This document shows positions 52,290-58,599 of a DNA stretch of 58,599 nucleotides, piece by piece. The translations under genes and the position numbers were made by a program. Below the pieces are notes generated by a model. It saw only the letters and a program-made list of their open reading frames with translations, had not been told where the DNA came from and did not search any database. The DNA comes from an uncultured Eubacteriales bacterium (GTDB taxonomy: Bacteria; Acidobacteriota; Aminicenantia; Aminicenantales; UBA8522). The stretch spans positions 1 through 58,599 of the forward strand of contig CAZNVB010000150.1 of assembly GCA_964576265.1 (NCBI GenBank). Reading direction: 5' to 3'. Each line of letters begins with the position of its first letter. Positions within the stretch are counted from its first letter, which is position 1.

Positions 52290-53609
52290 TTACCAGCGGA
52301 AGCCTGTCCCGAGATTCACGACATCTCGGCGCAGTCCGTCTCCCTGGCGGCGGGTGTAGTTGAGCTGCAAGCGGAGATGCCCCATGATCACCCAGTCGAT
52401 GCCGGCGAGATAAATCGAGCTCCGCGCGATGTCGAGGTCATCGACGGCGGCGATCTCGTAGGGTCTCGATCCCCGGCCGAAGGCAAACCAGAGGAAGTTG
52501 GAGTCGCTGAAATAGGTTCTCAAGTTGGCCGTCCAGGAAAAGGCGGCTCCCTTTTGATCCGGCGTGTAATACCAGCGCAGGAAGACCAGGAATCTTCCCA
52601 GATAGCGGCCGATGCTTCCGAAATAGATATTCGCCGGTCGGGACGAGAAATTCATTCTCCGATACCCGAGAGAGAAATCCCAGGCAGATGAAATTCCTTG
52701 ATAGATCTCCACCAGATACTGAGAGTGCGGAAGATGAGCCGACCGGGGAGAGACGGCGGCATCCAGATAAGCATAGGCCCTCTTCCACAGGCGGGGGTAG
52801 AATTCGAGATCGAAATAAGTTTCCTTCTCGCCGAAGCGCTCCGCCCGTCCGATTTTAAGGACAAGGGGCCCGGCGCGGGTGAGCGGGATTTGAAAGGCAA
52901 GGCGCTCGTCCAGATAAGCGCTTCGGCCGTCGCTCCACGATTCGTTTTGCCCCTCGAAGCGGATTTCAAACCGATCCTGCCATCGGGGCGAAGCGGTTTT
53001 CAGGGCCCGCTCGTAGTCTTTGTTGTCGGGGGAAAGGCGGAGCGCCTGCCCGAAGAGTTTTCTCGCCCGGGCATAATTTCCATCCCAGAGATAAACTCGG
53101 GCGAGGCGGAAATGAAGATCAGGGTCTTCCGGATGCTGTTCTTTGAGCTGGGAATAGAGGGAAACGGCTGTGGGATAATCCCCCTGCCACGAGGCGACCT
53201 CGGCTAGCCCGATCAGGGCTTCTCTGTTTCCGGGGCTCAGGGTCAGGACTTCTTGATATCCGGACACAGCCGCGGGGTAATTTTTCTTCCAGGACTCGAC
53301 TCGCGAACGGAAGAGAAGGACATCGGTGTTTCCCGGATAGGCCCGGCTCATTTTATGGAAGATTTCCAGGGCTTCCTCGTACCGGCCGGAATAAGCATAA
53401 GCGCGGCCAAGGAGAAAATTCAGCTCGTAATCGATGGGATCAAACTTGAGTTCGTCAAGACAGAGACGAACAGCGTTCGAATAATCTCCTCTCCGGATCG
53501 CTTCCGAGGCTTTTTCTATTGTCGCTTCTTTAGATTGTCCGGACAGCCGGGGCAGGAAAAGAAAAAGGAGGCCGGAAAAAAGAACGATGGACCGGAAGCG
53601 TTTCGGCAT
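52290..53609 (-). CDS. Outer-membrane protein: N-terminal TPR repeats + C-terminal YaiO-like beta-barrel (candidate exopolysaccharide export porin)
   Basis: It has a signal peptide (IVLFSGLLFLFLPRLSGQS) and about 5 TPR units (…GDYSNAVRLCLDELKFDP…GRYEEALEIFHKMSRAYPGN…GDYPTAVSLYSQLKEQHPEDP…). The last ~230 aa have alternating beta-strand character and end in the aromatic GTGFRW. Segments IGRAERFGEKETYF and FSLGYRRMNF resemble E. coli YaiO as I recall it. Confidence 0.65.
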   Translation of the reverse strand: MPKRFRSIVLFSGLLFLFLPRLSGQSKEATIEKASEAIRRGDYSNAVRLCLDELKFDPIDYELNFLLGRAYAYSGRYEEALEIFHKMSRAYPGNTDVLLFRSRVESWKKNYPAAVSGYQEVLTLSPGNREALIGLAEVASWQGDYPTAVSLYSQLKEQHPEDPDLHFRLARVYLWDGNYARARKLFGQALRLSPDNKDYERALKTASPRWQDRFEIRFEGQNESWSDGRSAYLDERLAFQIPLTRAGPLVLKIGRAERFGEKETYFDLEFYPRLWKRAYAYLDAAVSPRSAHLPHSQYLVEIYQGISSAWDFSLGYRRMNFSSRPANIYFGSIGRYLGRFLVFLRWYYTPDQKGAAFSWTANLRTYFSDSNFLWFAFGRGSRPYEIAAVDDLDIARSSIYLAGIDWVIMGHLRLQLNYTRRQGDGLRRDVVNLGTGFRW

Positions 53610-53612
53610 CGG

Positions 53613-55028
53613 CTACCTCGTTATGGCAAATCCTTTTCTCTCCATGGCCCCCCACTCTGTTTTCCCCCGGAAGAAATCGTAGAACGCCCGGACGCGGACG
53701 ACGGCAAGCCATTGGCGGTAGACGATGTTTTCGAAGAAGCTGAACAGGGTAATGATCAGGATGTCCTTGAGACGGGGATAGCGGTGGGAAGAGAATTCCT
53801 GAAGAAGAAGGGAAATCAAAGACAGGAGAATGCCCATGATGACGGCGACGAGGAAAAAGAGCAGGGCAAAGGGAAAGTCGACAAGGTTGAAAAACAGGCA
53901 GGCGGCAAACATCAGGTATCCTAAGACTTCGATGATCGGGCCGAGCATCTCGAAAAAGAAGTAAAAAGGCATGGCCACAAACCCGGTAACGCCGTAACGG
54001 GGGTTGAAGAGCATTTTGGAATTATAGAGAAGACAGTCGACGAGACCCCGATGCCAGCGGTTTCTCTGTCTGGCCAGGAGGCGCAGGGATTCCGGCGCTT
54101 CCGTCCAGCAGATCGGGTCGGGGATGAACCGGATCGCGTATGGTTTTTTCATCTCATGGAGATGTCTCCGCAGCCTGATGACAAGGTCCATATCTTCGCC
54201 GACCGTTCCTTTTCGATAGCCGCCGCACTGGAGGACGACATCTTTGCGGAACAAGCCGAATGCGCCTGAAATGATCAAAAGACTGTTGAGCTTGCTCAGC
54301 CCGGTCCGCCCGCCCAGAAAGGCCCGCAGGTATTCGATGATCTGGAAGCGGGCCAGGGTGTTGCCCGGCATCCCGACCCGGACGAGCTGGCCGTTTTTGA
54401 TCGCGCAACCGTTGCTCAGGCGGATGATCCCGCCGGCGGCGACGGTCTTTTCCGGCTCTTCGAGAAACGGACGGACCATTTTCAAAAGCGCGTCTTTCTC
54501 GAGAAGAGAGTCGCTGTCCACGGCGCAGAAAAGGGGAAAGCGGGAGATGTTCAGGCCGGCGTTCAAGGCATCGGCTTTTTTCCCGTTGACTTTATCGACC
54601 ACCACGAGTCTCGGATAGAGAGGAGAGGCATAGATTCCTCTGACCGGCTGGTGGTCGACGATCTTGCGGAAGACGCGTTTCGTCTTTTCCAGATGGAAAA
54701 AGCGGATGAGCTTTTCGAGCGTCCTGTCCTTCGATCCGTCGTTGACGACGATGACCTCGAAATTCGGATACTCGAGGGAGAGCAAAGACCGCGTGCTTTC
54801 GATGATCGTGTTCTCTTCGTTGTAGGCCGGAGCGATGATGGAGATGGGCTTGACGAGCGGCAGGCGGAAGATCTCCTTGAAGCGGATGTAGGTCGTGAGG
54901 TGGCGATAATGGAAAAGGCCGTGGAGCGAAAGAAGATTAAAGAGGATGTAAAAGCCGTTGACCAGGAAAAAATAGGTGAGGATGACGATATTGATCGTCC
55001 GGAGGGCGGCGCTCAACATTTCGATCAT
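53613..55028 (-). CDS. Processive family-2 glycosyltransferase (PgaC/IcaA/BcsA/NfrB-type membrane-embedded polysaccharide synthase)
   Basis: N-terminal TM helices, then IIAPAYNEE...VIVVNDGSKD...CAVDSDS (DxD)...GEDMD...QRNRW (54054-54068). Several C-terminal TM helices follow (FVAMPFYFFFEMLGPIIEVLGYLMFAACLFF...). Confidence 0.88.
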   Translation of the reverse strand: MIEMLSAALRTINIVILTYFFLVNGFYILFNLLSLHGLFHYRHLTTYIRFKEIFRLPLVKPISIIAPAYNEENTIIESTRSLLSLEYPNFEVIVVNDGSKDRTLEKLIRFFHLEKTKRVFRKIVDHQPVRGIYASPLYPRLVVVDKVNGKKADALNAGLNISRFPLFCAVDSDSLLEKDALLKMVRPFLEEPEKTVAAGGIIRLSNGCAIKNGQLVRVGMPGNTLARFQIIEYLRAFLGGRTGLSKLNSLLIISGAFGLFRKDVVLQCGGYRKGTVGEDMDLVIRLRRHLHEMKKPYAIRFIPDPICWTEAPESLRLLARQRNRWHRGLVDCLLYNSKMLFNPRYGVTGFVAMPFYFFFEMLGPIIEVLGYLMFAACLFFNLVDFPFALLFFLVAVIMGILLSLISLLLQEFSSHRYPRLKDILIITLFSFFENIVYRQWLAVVRVRAFYDFFRGKTEWGAMERKGFAITR

Positions 55029-55031
55029 GGG

Positions 55032-56093
55032 TCAACTCGCTCCCGGGAACTGGACCAGCTCGTTCAGAATCATGACCGACATATCTCGGGCATACCTGTC
55101 CTCTTCTTGAGCGGCGACCTCCTTCAGGCGGTGGAGTCCAGTTTCGCCGATCTCGGCCAGAGCCTGGGCGGCGCTATAGCGGACATACCAATGGGGGGAA
55201 AAGAGGGCCTTAACCAGGATCTCCACGGTCTGCGGATTCTTGAGTTTTCCCAGGCTTTTGAGCGCCTGGGTCTGGACTTCCCAGGCCTGATCGGACGCCA
55301 AAGCAATCAACGATTCTGCGGTCTCGGGGATGAGAAGGTTTCCCAGAGCCCGGGCAACCTTGATCCGGATTTCCTTTTCGGGGTGAGAGGCGAGACGGAC
55401 GATCTCTTCCCAGACGGAACGGACCGGGATCGCGCCGGCGAGTTCGACGAGAAGCCCGACTTTTTCAATCGGCAGCGGCTTGCGCAGATATTCTCTGAGC
55501 AGGGACTCGACTCTCGTGCCCAGGCTGAACATGATGTTGAAATAGATCCTGCTCGCAGATCCCGGATCCTGCTCGAAGGCCTGAAAGAGAAAATTCATCA
55601 TCTCCGGAGAGGGGATCCGGGAAAGGGCCGTGAGCACGGCCAGTTTGATGATTGGTTTATCTTGAAGAAGCCGAAGAAGGACCTCTTTGTCTTGGCGGCT
55701 GAAGAAAATGACGAACAGCCGGGCATTTTGAAGACGGCGGATCGTGCGCCTCGAGTTCAGGGATTTCAAACAACGGTTCCTGATAGTGCGGTCGAAGATG
55801 ATTTGCAGTTGGGTCCGGCCTTCGCCGGTGAGAAGATCTCCGTAATCGAGAAGGACTCGGGTCAGAACCGAGAGATGATGTTTGTGACGCGCGGCAATTC
55901 GGCTGGAGACGTCCGCCTGTCCGAGGGAAATGGCCTGCAGAATGTCGTTTTCAATCCGGCGATAGCTTTTTTCGAAGCGATCCTTTTGCCAGTCGGTTAC
56001 GAGGCGACGGACGACGATGAAGAGAAAAAGGGAAAGGGAAAACAGGACGAGAAAAACGATGCCGGAGAGGGCAATGAGGGCGGAAGGATTCAT
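55032..56093 (-). CDS. Single-pass membrane protein with cytoplasmic HEAT/PBS-lyase-type repeats
   Basis: TM helix ALIALSGIVFLVLFSLSLFLFIVV, then helical-hairpin repeats: HPEKEIRIKVARALGNL, DQAWEVQTQALKSLGKL and SPHWYVRYSAAQALAEIG. Its start overlaps the upstream stop (ATGA, 56090-56093). Confidence 0.75.
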   Translation of the reverse strand: MNPSALIALSGIVFLVLFSLSLFLFIVVRRLVTDWQKDRFEKSYRRIENDILQAISLGQADVSSRIAARHKHHLSVLTRVLLDYGDLLTGEGRTQLQIIFDRTIRNRCLKSLNSRRTIRRLQNARLFVIFFSRQDKEVLLRLLQDKPIIKLAVLTALSRIPSPEMMNFLFQAFEQDPGSASRIYFNIMFSLGTRVESLLREYLRKPLPIEKVGLLVELAGAIPVRSVWEEIVRLASHPEKEIRIKVARALGNLLIPETAESLIALASDQAWEVQTQALKSLGKLKNPQTVEILVKALFSPHWYVRYSAAQALAEIGETGLHRLKEVAAQEEDRYARDMSVMILNELVQFPGAS

Positions 56094-56950
56094 GAACCGG
56101 AATCCAAAATTTTCTTGATCTTGGCTAGAAGAACCTGGGGAGAAAACGGCTTGGTGAGATAATCCGTGGCGCCGATTTCCAGGCCCTTCAGGACATCCGC
56201 CTCCTCGGCCAGAGAGCTGAGGATGACGACCGGAATATGGGCTTTTTCTTCGTCATTTTTATAAAGAGAAAGGAATTGAAAGCCGTTGAGGTCTGGCATC
56301 ATGATGTCCAGGATAATAAGGGCGGGATCTTCCTTAAAGGCTTTTTTCAGCCCTTCCACCCCTGAAAGAGAGCTGGTGACGTCGTAATGCTCTTGCTTTA
56401 AAAAATGAGTGATGATTTTCACCGTGGTCGGGTCGTCATCGACGACCAGGATTTTCTTTGTTCCCATGGCGGGAGACGGCGCGCTCGCCGGAACTTTTTC
56501 GAGCGTCGAGGGAAGAGAAGACTCCAGCAGCTTTTTGATCATCAGCAGCTTCTCGAGTTCGCGATCGAGCTCCTGTTTCCATTGATCCTCAGAGTGATCG
56601 GGAGAAGGGTTAGACGGCGGGTTTTCCGTTTGCGCCGGCGATGGGAGCTCCAGAGCTTTTTCGCCTCCGTTCGCTTTCAGGCTTTCGATGGCTTCTCTTA
56701 GTTCCTTGACTTTGATCAACTCGGAAAAGGCAGATTCGGCCAATTTTTCCAATTTGGCTTTCATTTCGGTGGCGAAGGCGTGATGCGCATCGACTTCTTG
56801 TCTGATCTTGCCGATCATCGAGGCGACTTCCCTCCGGTCAAAGGAAAGATTGATCTTCGGGCGGCAGGCTTTTTTGGCCGACTTCGAGAGGCCGGACTTT
56901 TGCCTGGGCTTCGATTGGCCGGATGGAAACGGCGATTCTGTCTGGCTCAT
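56090..56950 (-). CDS. Response-regulator receiver protein with an N-terminal coiled-coil / Pro-Ser-rich region and no recognisable output domain
   Basis: The C-terminal REC domain is KKILVVDDDPTTVKII...ALIILDIMMPDLNGFQF...PVVILSS...GATDYLTKPF, with the acceptor Asp, Ser/Thr and Lys all present. The N-terminal ~160 aa are coiled-coil (KIRQEVDAHHAFATEMKAKLEKLAESAFSELIKVKELREAIESL) plus a PSPAQTENPPSNPSP linker. Confidence 0.8.
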   Translation of the reverse strand: MSQTESPFPSGQSKPRQKSGLSKSAKKACRPKINLSFDRREVASMIGKIRQEVDAHHAFATEMKAKLEKLAESAFSELIKVKELREAIESLKANGGEKALELPSPAQTENPPSNPSPDHSEDQWKQELDRELEKLLMIKKLLESSLPSTLEKVPASAPSPAMGTKKILVVDDDPTTVKIITHFLKQEHYDVTSSLSGVEGLKKAFKEDPALIILDIMMPDLNGFQFLSLYKNDEEKAHIPVVILSSLAEEADVLKGLEIGATDYLTKPFSPQVLLAKIKKILDSGS

Positions 56951-57114
56951 CGGTCTTCAGCGGTTGACGAAATCTCGCTTTTCCAGCTTATTCCAGGTGA
57001 AAACCCCGTCCTATCCCCTTAGACGGTGAATTTAAGGGGGATTTTTCCGCTTTCTTAATCCTCGGTTGCGGGCATTCAGGGTCATCTTTCGGGAGGGGGA
57101 TCGGCCGGCTGATT

Positions 57115-58428
57115 TCAGGCTTGAAGGAATTCGCGCTGTTCCCCCCTGTAGAGACGAAAGCGATTTCGACCGTCGGCCTTCGCCCGATACATGGCGATAT
57201 CGGCGTTCTTGACAAGAGCGTCGGCATCGTTTCCATCCTCGGGATAAACGGCAATTCCGATGCTGGCGGTGATCGGGATTTTCCGGTTCTCGACATCGAA
57301 CGGCTTTTGAAAAGACAGAATCACTCTTTCGGCGACGTTTTTGGCGACTTCGATGGTCGGGATTTCGGGCAGAAGAAGAATGAATTCATCCCCGCCCAGT
57401 CGGGCCATGGTGTCGCCTTTGCGAAACATCTGAAGAAGCCGGTTGGAGACGCTCTGGAGAAGCCGGTCGCCCGTATTGTGTCCGAAGGTGTCGTTGACCT
57501 TCTTGAATTCGTCCAAATCGAGCATCAGAACGGCCAGGCGGTGAGTTTCTCTCTGGGCGCGGGCGAGAGCCATCGTCAGCCGGTCGAAAAACAAGGACCG
57601 ATTGGGGAGCTCGGTCAGATGGTCGTGGATGGCGTTGTGGCGCAGCTTTTCTTCGTACCGCCTCCGCTCGGTGATGTCGTAAAGAACGAGGACTAAACCG
57701 CTGGTCTCGCCTTTGTTGTCCCTGGTCACGGTCGCTTTGAGCTCGACGGGAACTTTGTCCTCATAGTTGACGATCAGGATACTTCCGTCGGCCGGAACTC
57801 CCAGCTTACCGTTGAGGATGTCCGCAACCGAGAGTCGGATCAGGCGTCCCGAGCTCTCCTCCACCAGATGAAGAATGCTGAGGATCGGCTTGCCGATGCT
57901 TTCCTCCTTGCTCCAGCCGGTCAGTTTCTCCGCCACGGGATTCATAAAACTGACGTTCCCCTGGCGGTCGGCGGCGATGATCCCCTCGCCGATGCTCCGG
58001 AGGATCGTGCTCAGCCATTCCTCGCGTTCTTTCAGCTTGAGCTCCATCTGATGTTTGTAGAGGGCCATCTCGATGACCGTGATCAATTCTTTCTGGTCGA
58101 CCGGCTTGAGCGTATAGCCAAGAGGCTGAGTAAATTTGGCCCGGCGGAGAGTGTTTTCGTCGGCGTGGGCGGTCAGATAGATCACCGGGATGTCGGACCG
58201 CTCGCGAATTTTCTCGGCGGCTTCCACGCCGTCCATCTCTCCTCGCAAGACGATGTCCATCAGGATCAGGTCCGGCTGCATTTTCTCGGCCAGCAGGAGG
58301 GATTCCTCGCCGGTCGACGCCAGGCCGCAGACCTCGTAGCCGGCGTTTCTGACGATGAGTTCGATATCCTGAGCGATGAGCGCTTCGTCCTCGACGATCA
58401 AAATCCGCGCTTTTTCAGGTGGGCTCAT
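57115..58428 (-). CDS. Response regulator diguanylate cyclase (REC-PAS-GGDEF)
   Basis: REC: ARILIVEDE...DLILMDIVL...TLKP. PAS: STILRSIGEGIIAADRQGNVSFMNPVAEKLTGWSKEE. An intact GGDEF is at 57382-57396 (GGC GGG GAT GAA TTC). The RxxD I-site RKGD lies five residues upstream, the same spacing as in PleD. Confidence 0.92.
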   Translation of the reverse strand: MSPPEKARILIVEDEALIAQDIELIVRNAGYEVCGLASTGEESLLLAEKMQPDLILMDIVLRGEMDGVEAAEKIRERSDIPVIYLTAHADENTLRRAKFTQPLGYTLKPVDQKELITVIEMALYKHQMELKLKEREEWLSTILRSIGEGIIAADRQGNVSFMNPVAEKLTGWSKEESIGKPILSILHLVEESSGRLIRLSVADILNGKLGVPADGSILIVNYEDKVPVELKATVTRDNKGETSGLVLVLYDITERRRYEEKLRHNAIHDHLTELPNRSLFFDRLTMALARAQRETHRLAVLMLDLDEFKKVNDTFGHNTGDRLLQSVSNRLLQMFRKGDTMARLGGDEFILLLPEIPTIEVAKNVAERVILSFQKPFDVENRKIPITASIGIAVYPEDGNDADALVKNADIAMYRAKADGRNRFRLYRGEQREFLQA

Positions 58429-58599
58429 GGTTTTTGTCGGGCGCCGGATTCTTCAAAGCGAAGGATGAAATTCGTTCCCGGATGCCGGACGAGTTCGATG
58501 GCGGCGTCGATCTGGCCGGCGAGGGTGCAGACGATCTGCAGGCCGAGGGTCTCGGTCCGGCGGAAATCCAAGCCCTCCGGCATCCCCACCCCGTCATCC
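58425..58599 (-). CDS. Sensor histidine kinase, C-terminal HATPase_c fragment (5' end beyond the window)
   Basis: Not in the ORF track. My own translation gives DDGVGMPEGLDFRRTETLGLQIVCTLAGQIDAAIELVRHPGTNFILRFEESGARQKP*. This is the G1/G2-box-to-end region of a histidine kinase. Its TGA overlaps the ATG of the GGDEF regulator (ATGA, 58425-58428). Confidence 0.8.
   Translation of the reverse strand, partial: DDGVGMPEGLDFRRTETLGLQIVCTLAGQIDAAIELVRHPGTNFILRFEESGARQKP

Noticed and set aside
4446-56162. Very long ORFs antisense to the called genes. Examples: 49462..52221 (+, 919 aa), 11052..13283 (+, 743 aa), 32193..34307 (+, 704 aa), 17602..19638 (-, 678 aa), 39403..41313 (-, 636 aa), 4446..6179 (+, 577 aa), 54651..56162 (+, 503 aa) and 15515..16945 (-, 476 aa).
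   Set aside because: Their translations are R/G/D/V/P-rich low-information sequence with no domain motifs. They exactly shadow genes that have clear family signatures, signal peptides and SD sites. Stop-poor antisense frames are expected with strong GC3 codon bias. I see no evidence for overlapping genes.
56500-56950. Possible PilZ or other c-di-GMP-binding domain in the N-terminal half of the REC protein.
   Set aside because: No RxxxR...(D/N)xSxxG pattern is present. The region is coiled-coil plus a Pro/Ser-rich linker. I cannot exclude a divergent receptor without an HMM or structure search.
58415-58597. Track ORF 58415..58597 (-, 60 aa, MTGWGCRRAW...).
   Set aside because: Wrong frame. 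The adjacent frame gives a clean histidine-kinase ATPase C-terminus ending in an ATGA overlap with the next gene.
1-58599. Scan for CRISPR repeats, transposases/IS ends, integrases, phage genes, toxin-antitoxin pairs, restriction-modification systems or other known defence systems.
   Set aside because: No spaced direct-repeat arrays were found. No DDE, serine or tyrosine recombinase-like ORFs were found. No nuclease, methylase, ATPase or other defence signatures were recognised in any frame. The window reads as core or accessory metabolic chromosome rather than a mobile or defence island.

Overview
58.6-kb gene-dense chromosomal segment with strong GC3 codon bias. I recognised no rRNA, tRNA, CRISPR array, transposase, integrase or phage gene. 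The host is a diderm bacterium that uses Shine-Dalgarno sites (GGAGG) and sigma70-type -35/-10 promoters. That argues against Bacteroidota despite the PUL-like gene content; an Acidobacteriota/Aminicenantes-like origin is only a guess. I call 34 protein genes plus one candidate 19-codon leader ORF. Two of the genes are truncated at the window edges and are absent from the supplied ORF track. Layout from left to right: (1) A minus-strand unit of DUF4861-like protein, Na+:solute symporter and TonB-dependent receptor. (2) A TolC-MFP-RND efflux operon. (3) An M14 peptidase. (4) A plus-strand run of a secreted unknown, a beta-propeller lipoprotein and a sulfatase-like/TPR protein. (5) An Oar-like TonB receptor divergent from a GWxTD/TPR protein, separated by a complex control region. 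(6) A DegT aminotransferase / Gfo-Idh-MocA / aldo-keto reductase / YhcH cluster. (7) A block of large secreted enzymes of uncertain function: a toroid protein, a DUF4838-like-esterase fusion, a 237-aa Cys-rich protein and a 963-aa orphan. (8) An HGSNAT-like acyltransferase, an Asp-rich Ca-binding-like protein, a Tat-signal Fe-S aldo-keto reductase, GH20, GH116, a GPH symporter and an esterase-propeller fusion. (9) At the right end, the most interesting unit: HK -> REC-PAS-GGDEF -> coiled-coil REC protein -> TM/HEAT protein -> processive GT2 synthase -> TPR/YaiO-like outer-membrane barrel. This looks like an uncharacterised synthase-dependent exopolysaccharide system linked to c-di-GMP, with no recognisable c-di-GMP receptor. 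All family assignments come from reading motifs by eye; no HMM or BLAST search was run.
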